Source: Obrimoposthia wandeli (taxonomy: Eukaryota). From it: DNA of 64,000 bases. Below, in pieces: positions 21,745-31,393 of this stretch. The notes beneath the pieces are model-generated. The model was given only the letters and a program-made list of their open reading frames with translations, was not told where the DNA came from and ran no database searches. Position numbers and translations under genes: made by a program. Numbering within the stretch: position 1 is the stretch's first letter; each line of letters begins with the position of its first letter. The stretch spans positions 1-64,000 of the forward strand of contig CDROCS010005781.1 in the NCBI GenBank assembly GCA_977020255.1. The letters are read 5' to 3'.

Positions 21745-22932
21745 ATGGCTAAGCAAGATAACGTAGTAATCGTAGGTGCAGCACGAACTCCTATGGGCGG
21801 CTTCAATGGCAGCTTGAGTTCAGTGAGCGCAACAGACCTTGGCGCTATTGCTATTAAAGAAGCAGTATCACGTGCAGGCATTGATGCAGCAGATATTGAA
21901 GAAGTGATTATGGGTAACGTATTACCTGCGGGTCTTAAGCAAGGTCCTGCTCGTCAAGCGATGCGTAAAGCCGGTCTTGAAGATGCTACGGGCGCGACTA
22001 CGATCAACAAGCTTTGTGGTTCTGGTATGAAAGCCACTATGTTTGCTCATGATGCGATTAAAGCGGGTTCGGTAAACATTGCTGTATCTGGCGGTATGGA
22101 ATCTATGTCGAACGCACCTTATATATTAGAAGGTGTTCGTACCGGTTTGCGTATGGGTGCTGGCCCAGCGCCACAAGATCACATGTTTCTTGATGGTTTG
22201 ATGGATGCTGAAACAGGCCGTTTAATGGGTTCTTTCGCACAAGACGTTGCGACTGAAAAAGGCTATACCCGCGAAGAGATGGATGATTACGCGATCATGT
22301 CTTTGAATCGTGCTAAAGCGGCGATCGAAGCGGGCTTGAATAACGCAGAAATCGTTCCTGTAACGGTTAAGTCTCGCAAAGGCGATACGGTTGTTGATAA
22401 CGATGAGCAACCTTTCAACGCTAACATCGAAAAAATCCCTACTCTACGCCCTGCATTCGCTAAAGACGGTACGATTACCGCTGCGAACGCTTCTTCAATC
22501 TCTGACGGTGCTTCTGCATTAGTATTGATGCGTGAAAGTACGGCAGAAGAAAAAGGCGCTACGCCTTTGGCTCGCATCGTTGCTCACAGCACTCAATCAC
22601 AGCATCCTTCTGAATTCACTATCGCTCCTTGTGGCGCGATTGAAAAAGTTTTGGCTAAAGCAGGTTGGGCTAAAGACGACGTTGATCTTTTTGAAATCAA
22701 CGAAGCGTTCGCCATGGTTGCGATGATGCCAATTCGCGATCTTGAATTGGATATCGAGAAGGTAAACATCTACGGTGGTGCTTGTGCACAAGGTCACCCA
22801 GTTGGCTCTACCGGTTCTCGTTTAATCGTTACCTTGATCAATGCGCTTAAGAATACTGGTGGTACTAAAGGTGTTGCTGCTCTTTGTATTGGTGGTGGTG
22901 AAGCGACTGCAATGGCAATCGAACTGGTTTAA
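21745..22932 (+). CDS. Acetyl-CoA C-acyltransferase (thiolase)
   Basis: TINKLCGSGMKA, NEAFA, GHPVGSTG, LCIGGGE. Confidence 0.95.
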   Translation: MAKQDNVVIVGAARTPMGGFNGSLSSVSATDLGAIAIKEAVSRAGIDAADIEEVIMGNVLPAGLKQGPARQAMRKAGLEDATGATTINKLCGSGMKATMFAHDAIKAGSVNIAVSGGMESMSNAPYILEGVRTGLRMGAGPAPQDHMFLDGLMDAETGRLMGSFAQDVATEKGYTREEMDDYAIMSLNRAKAAIEAGLNNAEIVPVTVKSRKGDTVVDNDEQPFNANIEKIPTLRPAFAKDGTITAANASSISDGASALVLMRESTAEEKGATPLARIVAHSTQSQHPSEFTIAPCGAIEKVLAKAGWAKDDVDLFEINEAFAMVAMMPIRDLELDIEKVNIYGGACAQGHPVGSTGSRLIVTLINALKNTGGTKGVAALCIGGGEATAMAIELV

Positions 22933-22995
22933 TAACGACGTTATAAGTTGTTAATGCATACTGGCTGTTGGTAATTAACGTCAGTCGTTGCTAAT

Positions 22996-23035
22996 AAAGC
23001 CGCTGTTATCTTCACGATAGCAGCGGCTTTCTTTT
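22996..23035 (+). terminator. Terminator after thiolase
   Basis: AAAGCCGCTGTTATC-ttcac-GATAGCAGCGGCTTT followed by CTTTT. Confidence 0.75.
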
Positions 23036-23049
23036 GGAAGGCGCATAAT

Positions 23050-23190
23050 ATGCTAGAAGAAAAAGAAGCTGTTAAAGGTAATGAAGCAGAAGAGTTTATT
23101 AAGAAAATAGTCTTGAAGGTTTTATTCAGTACTATCGTGATGATAGTTGGTGTGGGTATTGCAGTTTATTATACCAGCGGTGCTGTTTAG
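23050..23190 (+). CDS. Small single-pass membrane protein, 46 aa (not in the ORF track)
   Basis: MLEEKEAVKGNEAEEFIKKIVLKVLFSTIVMIVGVGIAVYYTSGAV; charged N-terminus plus C-terminal hydrophobic helix; GGAAGG upstream. Confidence 0.5.
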   Translation: MLEEKEAVKGNEAEEFIKKIVLKVLFSTIVMIVGVGIAVYYTSGAV

Positions 23191-23271
23191 TCAGAAAATT
23201 GGTGCTTCCTACGACGCGCAGAATATAACGCATCAGCCAGCTTAAATCATGGATAACACGGAAATATCAAT

Positions 23272-23688
23272 ATGACGGTAGAACCGCTCTCAGAGCGCAT
23301 GCAGAACAATAAACAACACTGGCAGCAAGTGGGTGGTGAAATATTACTGCACTATGGCTGCGATGAAAATTATGCAGGAATTGGCCGTTGTATTGATTTG
23401 TGGAAGCAGCAGACGGATCTTAACGAGCGTAAATATAAAGAAACCGAAGTATTAGACGGCTTAGGTTTTCTATTAGGCGACTTGTGTATTTTAGAATTTG
23501 GTGGTGGCTGGGTTTGGATCACTGATGAGCACGGATCAACTCCAGCAATTTGTCACCCAGGTGCAGAAACGGTGAGTTATATTGTTGATTCCATTTCTCG
23601 CCGACTGCGCGATGAAAGTTGCGCAGAAGACGAAATACCAACCATTGTGGCCATGTACGAACGTAGCCAATTCAGCCAATTAAACTAG
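23272..23688 (+). CDS. Hypothetical protein, DUF3806-like
   Basis: LGFLLGDL...W.W.TDEHG.TPA pattern resembles DUF3806; SD-like sequence upstream. Confidence 0.55.
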   Translation: MTVEPLSERMQNNKQHWQQVGGEILLHYGCDENYAGIGRCIDLWKQQTDLNERKYKETEVLDGLGFLLGDLCILEFGGGWVWITDEHGSTPAICHPGAETVSYIVDSISRRLRDESCAEDEIPTIVAMYERSQFSQLN

Positions 23689-24521
23689 CTGAATTTCATC
23701 TTACTAAAATCTAATAAGTCGTCATGAATGAAAGAATAGCCCAGCTGTTCTTTGACTTTTTGATTGCTGATTACTTTACCTTCCGAATCAGTTTGGCCTG
23801 AAAATACAGGTTCATAATCTCCCAAATGGTTGAGTGCTGCTTGATAGAACTGACGTCGAGTCGGGTGTAGCGATGCGCAGGCATTAAATACCTCATCCCA
23901 GCAATTCTGTTTGATCACGGCATTGATAATCCCAATACAATCATCGCGATGAATCATGTTTACCCGAGCGTCTGGGTTCTTAATGGTTTTGCAATAAACA
24001 GTATCATCATCCGTTGTCGCTAAAAAGAAACGACCAGGGTGACGCTGATAGCCAATTAAGCCCGAAAAACGAATAATGCTGGTTTTAAAGTGCGCATTAC
24101 TTTGAAATAAACGTTCGATTTTTAATAATGGGCACGGCAGTAAAGCCGCCGCATCGTCTTCAGTCACCGCTGCAGAATCAAGCTTGGCAGAGTTTTTATA
24201 AACCGAAGTCGAACTAATAAATAAAACCTGCTGAATCGTTGAGTTTTCAATTTCTGATATTAACTGGGCGAACGCTTCAATACTTTTTGAAGTGATGTTA
24301 ATAATCAGGATGTCAGCCTGCAAAAAGTCATTTTCGTACGTGCTTTTTCGTGTGTCTAATACCTCAATATCGTAGGCATGGGCTTCAATGCCTGCTTTGC
24401 GAAGTTGAGCTAAGCGTTCTGGGCTGCGTGAGGATGCCTTGATGTGAAAATTGGCCTGGCTAAGTTCAATCGCCAGTGGTAATCCTAACCAGCCGCTGCC
24501 TAAAATGCTGATACGTTTCAT
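23685..24521 (-). CDS. NAD(P)-binding SDR/epimerase family protein (YeeZ-like)
   Basis: ISILGSGWLG, FISSTSVY, IRFSGLIG..RHPGRF, VNMIHRDD. Confidence 0.85.
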   Translation of the reverse strand: MKRISILGSGWLGLPLAIELSQANFHIKASSRSPERLAQLRKAGIEAHAYDIEVLDTRKSTYENDFLQADILIINITSKSIEAFAQLISEIENSTIQQVLFISSTSVYKNSAKLDSAAVTEDDAAALLPCPLLKIERLFQSNAHFKTSIIRFSGLIGYQRHPGRFFLATTDDDTVYCKTIKNPDARVNMIHRDDCIGIINAVIKQNCWDEVFNACASLHPTRRQFYQAALNHLGDYEPVFSGQTDSEGKVISNQKVKEQLGYSFIHDDLLDFSKMKFS

Positions 24522-24654
24522 AGTATTTTAACCTTGATGCTTCTATTTATAGTAATTAGCCTGTCTAACAGGAGGTTACCCTTGCCTTTCAAAAATTGAC
24601 CTTTACAATCGCGGCTAAAGTGATCATACCCAATCAAATTAGCGAAGTCGTGTC

Positions 24655-24816
24655 ATGAACCGTAAAAAGAAGATTAATAAAATTTTAGGCAAAAAGATGA
24701 GAAAGGCGAATGCGAAGCTTGCGCCTAAAGACACTAAGCCAGCGTATATTTCTAAAGCAAAGCGTGCAGAAGCAGAACTTGCTGCAAATCAGACAATGGA
24801 TAATGAATCGGCATAA
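24655..24816 (+). CDS. DUF2986 family small basic protein (not in the ORF track)
   Basis: MNRKKKINKILGKKMRKANAKLAPKDTKPAYISKAKRA matches the family pattern as recalled. Confidence 0.8.
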   Translation: MNRKKKINKILGKKMRKANAKLAPKDTKPAYISKAKRAEAELAANQTMDNESA

Positions 24817-24849
24817 GTCGTTCTTATTTCGTAGCAGATGCTTTATTAT

Positions 24850-24972
24850 GCCCTCATCCCAGGGGGTGGCGAGTTAGATTGATTCTTGATAAAAGAGTTT
24901 TGTTCTAATAAGCCTGAGATGCAATGCAAACTCCTTGAACCTGATCCGGTTAATACCGGCGTAGGAATGGGC
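24850..24972 (+). ncRNA. TPP (THI-box) riboswitch
   Basis: GGGGGTG...CTGAGA...CTTGAACCTGATCCGGTTAATACCGGCGTAGGAA. A downstream hairpin (about 25028-25056) can sequester the SD (GAGG) of the receptor gene. Confidence 0.93.
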
Positions 24973-25061
24973 AGTTGAATTGATATTTTGTTATTCCATC
25001 AACACTACACGCTTGCTACGCTCGACCGGGTCTTCTCTTATTTTTGAGGCAGACCTAACTA

Positions 25062-27135
25062 ATGAAAACCCTACCTTTATCCCTTGCTATAGCCTCTGCT
25101 ATTAGCGCTTCTATGATGGCTAATGTCGCCAGTGCAGAGCAAACGTCTAAAACCGTTGCGCTTGACGTTGGTGCCGATTTTCAATGATACCTAATGTTGC
25201 CGAAGCAGTTGCCTTATTGGTGCTGATAATATTGCAGCACGTTCTGCTGAGCATCTTGAATCTGTATTGAGCTTTGCACCCAATGTTAATTTTTCTTCGG
25301 GTGCATCTCGTGGTCGTTATTTTCAAATTCGCGGTATTGGCGTTGTGGCCGTTTGATCGTAAAATCCTTCTGTTGGGCTAATGATTGATGGCATCGACAT
25401 GACAGGTCTAGGCGGTGCAGCGACCTTGCTTGATGTTCAGCAAGTTGAAGTCTTGCGTGGACCACAAGGTACGCGTTTTGGAGCGAATGCCTTGGCTGGA
25501 ATGATCAATATTAAAAGCAAAGGTGCGACCAAAGAAACAGAAGGTTATGTTGCGGCTAAAGCAGGTAACTACAATATGCACAGTGAAAGCGCTGCGATTT
25601 CAGGTTCTGTTACTGACAATGTACAAGCACGCTTGGCGATTAATAGCTTTCAGTCTGACGGCTATATGGAAAACGAATATCTAGATAAAGAAAATACGAA
25701 TAATCTGGACGAGGTAGTTCTTCGCGGTAAATTAGCCGCTCAGCTATCAGAAAATACTGACTTAGGTCTGACCTATTTTTATGCTGATATTGATAATGGT
25801 TATGATGCGTTTAGTTTAGAAAAAAATCGCACCACCTCTACTGATGAACCAGGCACGGATGCTCAGGATACAAATGCGATAGCGCTTTCTATTAACTCTC
25901 GATTATCTGATGCACTTCAGCTTGAAACTGAAATTACGAGTAGCTGGACACAGTCAGAAATCAGTTATGATGATGATTGGAGTTATCCAGGTATAGCTCC
26001 AGGTTGGGAGTATAAAGCTTATGATCAGTATTTAAGGGAATATCAGAGAAGCTCAGCAGATTTTAGAATGTTGTCTGGAAGTGAGGGCCGCATATTATCT
26101 GATACCAGTGACTGGGTAGTCGGTTTATACCTATTACAAAGAAAAGAAGACTTTACTCGTAACTATCAATATATCCCTCAACAGTTTGAAAGTTCTTTAG
26201 AGTCGTCTTCAGTTGCAGTCTATGGCGAAATCGGTAGTGATTTGACTAGCTCTGTACGTTTGATCTCAGGGCTTCGTATAGAGAACTGGAGTAGTAGTTA
26301 TGATGATAATAACTCAGTTAAAGGTAATATAGACGAAGTTCTAATCGGTGGAAAAATAACATTAGAATCAATGCTGAACTTGAACCACCTTACATATATT
26401 TCTCTAGCTCGAGGCTATAAAGCAGGGGGGGTTAACACTGATGCTGATATCTCAGAAGCGAATAGAGAATATGATACAGAGTTTAATAATACTGTTGAAT
26501 TAGGAATGAAGTCATCAATGTTAGAAGATGATCTGACAACAAGATTGTCAGTATTTTATATTCAGAGAAAAAACCAACAGGTGAAAAGTTCTTATAGTTA
26601 CTTAGAAAATAATACACCTAAGTTTCAGGATTATTTAGACAATGCCGCTGAAGGTAAAAACTATGGGCTGGAGCTTGAGGGTGATTGGGATCTTAATAGT
26701 GAATTAAATTGGTCTTTGAGTGCAGGTTATTTGTTAACAGAGTTTGTTGATTATACTTATGAAAATGATGATGGCGTATTCAATAAAAATGGACGTAATC
26801 AGGCACATGCACCAGAGTATTCTTTGGCGTCAGCAATCAGTTATTTAATATCACCTGGATTAAGTATTCGCCTAGAATCAGAAGCGAAAGATAAATTTTA
26901 TTATTCCGATAGTCATGACCAGCAATCAGCAGCGTACGCACTTTTACATGCACGAATAGAATATAGTCAGTCTAATTACAGTATCGCACTCTACGGTCGA
27001 AATATTACAGATCGCGACTATACCGTTAAAGGCTATTATTTTGGTATCGATCCGCGCTTGGAGTATGCTAAGGAATTACAAGAGCAGCTAGGCGAGCCTC
27101 GCTTAGTAGGAATAGAAGGGCGATATAACTTCTAA
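25062..27135 (+). CDS. Thiamine-regulated TonB-dependent receptor; 5' part frameshifted (25140-25380)
   Basis: Signal peptide from ATG 25062; plug residues APNVNFSSGASRGRYFQIRGIG, NPSVGLMIDG and EVLRGPQGT; C-terminal GEPRLVGIEGRYNF. Several small indels precede ORF 25381. Confidence 0.88.
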
Positions 27136-27162
27136 CCCTGAAGAATTAATAGTGGTTTGTGA

Positions 27163-27349
27163 ATAAATTAAGTAACGGCTCAGGTAGTTCAAATTAAGAC
27201 AGAATTAGAGCTATGATTGGGTGTTTGTGGAGCAAATATGCGAGGCAGGAAGCCGAACTAAGGCTACAGGGAAGTATTTACGCCGTTTTGTGGAATAAAT
27301 ACCCAGTCATGGATCGTTTTTTAAAACCTTCTGAATAGTTACAGTTTAT
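27163..27349. repeat. Long imperfect inverted repeat (MITE/REPIN-like intergenic unit)
   Basis: ATGATTGGGTGTTTGT (27213) versus the reverse complement of ATAAATACCCAGTCAT (27295-27310); outer arms ATAAATTAAGTAAC and GTTACAGTTTAT. Confidence 0.5.
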
Positions 27350-27375
27350 TTAAATAAAGAATATAGGGATCCACA

Positions 27376-27648
27376 ATGCAACTATCAGTAGAAATCAGCA
27401 AATACCCGTTAGCGGATGATTATATTCCGGCGATTAAAGATTTTATCGAACGCTTACAAGCGATCGAAGGTTTGAGTGTGGTGGGTAATACCATGAGCAC
27501 TCAAGTCTTTGGCGATTATGATTTAGTCATGGATACGTTAAAAGAAGAGATGCGTCGCTCTTACGAACAGTTTGGCAAAGCCATTTTTGTCTGTAAGTTT
27601 ATTGGTGCTAATTTAGATCCGGCGTTAAATCCGCATGGCGATGTTTAA
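27376..27648 (+). CDS. YkoF-like thiamine/HMP-binding protein
   Basis: SVEISKYPL..DYIPAIKDFIERL, NTMSTQVFGDYD; member of a TPP operon. Confidence 0.8.
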   Translation: MQLSVEISKYPLADDYIPAIKDFIERLQAIEGLSVVGNTMSTQVFGDYDLVMDTLKEEMRRSYEQFGKAIFVCKFIGANLDPALNPHGDV

Positions 27649-27692
27649 TCGCCTAGTTTCTATTTAAACATATCCAAAGGGATGACATTTTA

Positions 27693-28370
27693 GTGGATGC
27701 ATTTTACCAAAGTATAATCGCCGCCGCTCAGGCTATGAGTATTTGGGAGGTGATCGCTGTTATTTTAGGCGTTGCTTATCTTGTCTTGGCGATGCGCCAA
27801 AATATTTTTTGCTGGTATGCCGCCTTTGGTAGCACGGCTATTTTTAGCTGGCTATTTTGGGATGTGAGCTTGCTGATGGAGTCAGGCTTGAATGTTTATT
27901 ATTTAATCATGGCTATTTATGGCTGGTGGGTTTGGCGCGGTAATACGCAGCAGAATAATAAAGGACAAATTACAGAACGTAGTGAGAAAAGCGCTGTAAG
28001 CAAAACCGTCGCGATTAAAACGTGGTCGTTATCTCGTCATACTTTAGTGATCGTTGGTATCGTATTAATCAGCCTTGCAACAGGTTATGGCTTAGAAAAA
28101 AATACCAGTGCGGCATTACCGTATTTAGACTCGTTCACTACCTGGGGTGCGGTGATTACAACTTATATGGTGACACAAAAAGTATTAGAAAACTGGTTGT
28201 ATTGGCTGGTGATTGATACTGTTGCGATTTATTTATACATCGATAGAGAGTTGTATTTAACCGCATTGCTCATGGCTATTTATGTTGTATTGGCCGTATT
28301 CGGTTGGTTTATGTGGCTAAAAGAATATCGCCAACAACATGAGCATTACTCAGTTCAGGCGGCTGTATAA
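27693..28370 (+). CDS. PnuC-family transporter (probable thiamine PnuT)
   Basis: Hydrophobic; PYLDSFTTWGAV, KVLENWLYWLVID; downstream of the TPP riboswitch. Confidence 0.85.
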   Translation: MDAFYQSIIAAAQAMSIWEVIAVILGVAYLVLAMRQNIFCWYAAFGSTAIFSWLFWDVSLLMESGLNVYYLIMAIYGWWVWRGNTQQNNKGQITERSEKSAVSKTVAIKTWSLSRHTLVIVGIVLISLATGYGLEKNTSAALPYLDSFTTWGAVITTYMVTQKVLENWLYWLVIDTVAIYLYIDRELYLTALLMAIYVVLAVFGWFMWLKEYRQQHEHYSVQAAV

Positions 28371-28372
28371 AA

Positions 28373-29221
28373 ATGATATTAACAGATGTGTTAGACGATT
28401 GGCCGCTATGGGGATTATCAACAAAACCAATTAGCGCAGATCAGATTTCTGTTTTAGAAGGCGGATTAACAAATACCTGTTATCAACTTTCACTTGAAAG
28501 TGGCGAGTACATTATTCGCATCAGTGCGGCGAATACTGCCGCGCTAGGCATTGATCGAAATGCCGAAAAAGCGATTCATCAGCTCGTCTCAAGTTTAAAT
28601 TTTACCAGCGCCATTCGCTATTGTGATGATGAACATCGTTACTGGATTCGGGACTATATTGAAGGCGAAGTACTGGCCGATAATATCGCCGCTCTGAGCC
28701 ATAATACCTTGTCTTATATGGTCGAGCAGCTGAAAGCGTTACACCAGATACCGATCGAAATAGAATTGCCAGTGATTAACATCAGTGACAAAGCAGAAGC
28801 GTATTGGCAGATGTTAGAGGTTCGACAACCCGATAATGAAATATTAAAGATGAAACCTCTTATGCAGGTGGCGATGAGTGAGCCGCCTGCAGGAGATTTT
28901 TGTTTGTGCCATCTAGATCCTGTATTAGCAAACTGGTTGTATACGCCGGAAGGATTGCAGTTATTAGATTGGGAGTATGCAGGTTTTGCCCATCCATTGT
29001 GGGATTTAGCGGCTTTATTCCAGGGAATTAAGCATTCAATTGAACAATTACAAAAAAAATCAAAAAAAAATAGTCACTCTGAAATTGAACAAAATTTAGA
29101 AAATCAGATTCTCACCTTATACGGCGTATCCGACCTAGTGGCGTGGCGCAGAGCCTGTGTGCAAATGGAATATTTGTCGTCACTCTGGTATCAGGCGCAA
29201 GACAAAACCAACTCATACTAA
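28373..29221 (+). CDS. Choline/ethanolamine kinase-like phosphotransferase (probable thiamine kinase)
   Basis: GGLTN, CHLDPVLANW, LLDWEYAG; follows pnuC in the TPP operon. Confidence 0.75.
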   Translation: MILTDVLDDWPLWGLSTKPISADQISVLEGGLTNTCYQLSLESGEYIIRISAANTAALGIDRNAEKAIHQLVSSLNFTSAIRYCDDEHRYWIRDYIEGEVLADNIAALSHNTLSYMVEQLKALHQIPIEIELPVINISDKAEAYWQMLEVRQPDNEILKMKPLMQVAMSEPPAGDFCLCHLDPVLANWLYTPEGLQLLDWEYAGFAHPLWDLAALFQGIKHSIEQLQKKSKKNSHSEIEQNLENQILTLYGVSDLVAWRRACVQMEYLSSLWYQAQDKTNSY

Positions 29222-29280
29222 AGAACTACTTCCGATGTTCCCTTGTTCTAAGCTGCCTAGATGTTAGACTGGTCTGTAAT

Positions 29281-29294
29281 TGAATGACCATTCA
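29281..29294. promoter_or_regulatory. Candidate BetI operator palindrome
   Basis: TGAATG-AC-CATTCA, 20 nt upstream of the betI start. Confidence 0.5.
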
Positions 29295-29314
29295 GTGGGA
29301 CAGAAAGTGTAATT

Positions 29315-29920
29315 ATGGCTAGAGTCGGAACAGAAAAATTACGTAAAAAAGAACTAATCGATGCCACTATTAAATCAATTGAAAGCCACGGTTTTCAAGG
29401 CACTACGATTTTAACAATCAGCCGCCAAGCTAACATGTCGGCGGGTATCATCAGCCACTATTTTGGCAGCAAGCAAGGTCTTATCCTTGCCACCATTCGA
29501 CATCTCCTAGAAGAATTAAAGCAGGGTTTATTACAGCAAATTGCTAGCTGTGAACAACCGCTTACGCCTGAATTAAGACTGCAAATGATCGTTGATACCA
29601 ACTTTGCTTGTTTTCAACAGTCTACTTCCGTGACCCGAACTTGGCTTTGCTTTTGGGCTCAAGCGTTACACGACCCTGAACTTGCTCGCTTACAAGCGGT
29701 GAATAGTAAGCGCTTACTGCAAAATTTATTATATTCCTATCGACAAATTATCCCGAATAAAGAACGAGCAGAGTTAGCGGCTAATATGACGGCCGCTATG
29801 ATTGATGGTTTATGGCTAAGAAGCAGTTTGAGTAAAACCAGCGAAGATGAATTTAAAAAAGCTGAGCAGTTGTGTAAGCAGTTCATCTCATCGCAATGCC
29901 AGTTGGAAAAAACATTATGA
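29315..29920 (+). CDS. betI: Choline-responsive TetR repressor
   Basis: MARVG...[27 protein letters not shown]...[17 protein letters not shown]. Confidence 0.95.
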   Translation: MARVGTEKLRKKELIDATIKSIESHGFQGTTILTISRQANMSAGIISHYFGSKQGLILATIRHLLEELKQGLLQQIASCEQPLTPELRLQMIVDTNFACFQQSTSVTRTWLCFWAQALHDPELARLQAVNSKRLLQNLLYSYRQIIPNKERAELAANMTAAMIDGLWLRSSLSKTSEDEFKKAEQLCKQFISSQCQLEKTL

Positions 29921-31371
29921 TTTTAAAAAACTTTATCAATGGTGAATACCTTGATAATAGCAGTGGTGAAACATTTGACGTCATCAACCCAGCAACGGGT
30001 ATTTTGGCTTATAAAGTTGAAGTTGCTGATGAAAAAATTCGTTCAGCCGCCATTGAAAGTAGCCAGCAGGGTTTTGAAACCTGGTCTGCAATGACAGGGT
30101 TTGAGCGTAACCGCATTCTATTAAAAGCGGTTGAGTTATTACGTGAGCGTAATGATGCGCTAGCCGAAATTGAAGTGATTGATACCGGTAAGCCTTGGCA
30201 AGAAGCCTCGGTTGTCGATATCGTAACAGGTGCTGATTCAATCGAATATTTTGCCGCACTGGCACTTAGCATTGAAGGCACACAGCAAGATTTAGGCGGT
30301 GATTTTTATTATACCCGCCGTGAGCCGTTAGGCATTTGTGCAGGTATAGGCGCGTGGAACTATCCATTGCAAATTGCCTGCTGGAAAGCGGCACCTGCCT
30401 TAGCTTGTGGCAATAGCATGATTTTCAAACCGTCAGAAGAAACGCCACACGGTGCGTTAAAGCTAGCTGAAATATTTTTTGAAGCCGGTGTTCCTGCAGG
30501 CGTATTCAACGTCGTGCAAGGCGATGGCGAAGTTGGCGCTTGGTTAACGACGCATAATGATATTGCTAAAGTTTCTTTTACCGGTGAAGTTGGTACGGGC
30601 AAAAAAGTAATGGCGGCGGCGGCCACCAACTTGAAAGATGCCACGATGGAACTTGGTGGCAAATCACCCTTGATCGTTTTCTCTGATGCTGATCTTGATG
30701 AAGCGGTTTCTGCGGCCATGTTGGGTAATTTTTATACTCAAGGCGAAGTTTGTACTAACTGTACGCGTGTCTTTGTTCAAAAAGATATTTATCCAAAGTT
30801 TATTGAGCAGTTAAAACTACGCACCGAGAAGAATATTATTGCCGGTGATCCAATGGATCCAGAGACAAACTTTGGAGCATTGATATCACGAACACACCAG
30901 CAGTTAGTTTTAGGTTACATCGAAAAAGGCACCCAAGAAGGTGCCTTTTTATTGACTGGCGGAAAAGCATTACAGCCAAAAGGTGTTGAAGGCGGCTACT
31001 TTGTTGCTCCGACAATTTTTACTGACTGTACTGATGACATGACCATCGTTAAAGAAGAAATCTTTGGCCCAGTCATGTCGGTCTTAACTTTTGAAACGGA
31101 AGAAGAAGTCATTCAGCGTGCCAACGGTACGGAGTTTGGTTTGGCGGCAGGGATCTTTACCAATGATCTCCGTCGCGCGCATCGAGTTGTTAACCAAATG
31201 GAAGCAGGCATTTGTTGGATTAATGCTTACGGCGCATCACCCGCTGAGATGCCAGTAGGAGGCTATAAGCTTTCCGGTATTGGTCGTGAAAATGGATCGT
31301 CCACGATGAATCAATATACTCAAATAAAATCTGTCTACGTAGGCATGCAGCCACTAGAAAGTCCTTTTTAA
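29917..31371 (+). CDS. betB: Betaine aldehyde dehydrogenase
   Basis: [38 protein letters not shown]; ATGA overlap with betI. Confidence 0.96.
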   Translation: MILKNFINGEYLDNSSGETFDVINPATGILAYKVEVADEKIRSAAIESSQQGFETWSAMTGFERNRILLKAVELLRERNDALAEIEVIDTGKPWQEASVVDIVTGADSIEYFAALALSIEGTQQDLGGDFYYTRREPLGICAGIGAWNYPLQIACWKAAPALACGNSMIFKPSEETPHGALKLAEIFFEAGVPAGVFNVVQGDGEVGAWLTTHNDIAKVSFTGEVGTGKKVMAAAATNLKDATMELGGKSPLIVFSDADLDEAVSAAMLGNFYTQGEVCTNCTRVFVQKDIYPKFIEQLKLRTEKNIIAGDPMDPETNFGALISRTHQQLVLGYIEKGTQEGAFLLTGGKALQPKGVEGGYFVAPTIFTDCTDDMTIVKEEIFGPVMSVLTFETEEEVIQRANGTEFGLAAGIFTNDLRRAHRVVNQMEAGICWINAYGASPAEMPVGGYKLSGIGRENGSSTMNQYTQIKSVYVGMQPLESPF

Positions 31372-31393
31372 TGTTTATTGTGATGATGAGTCA

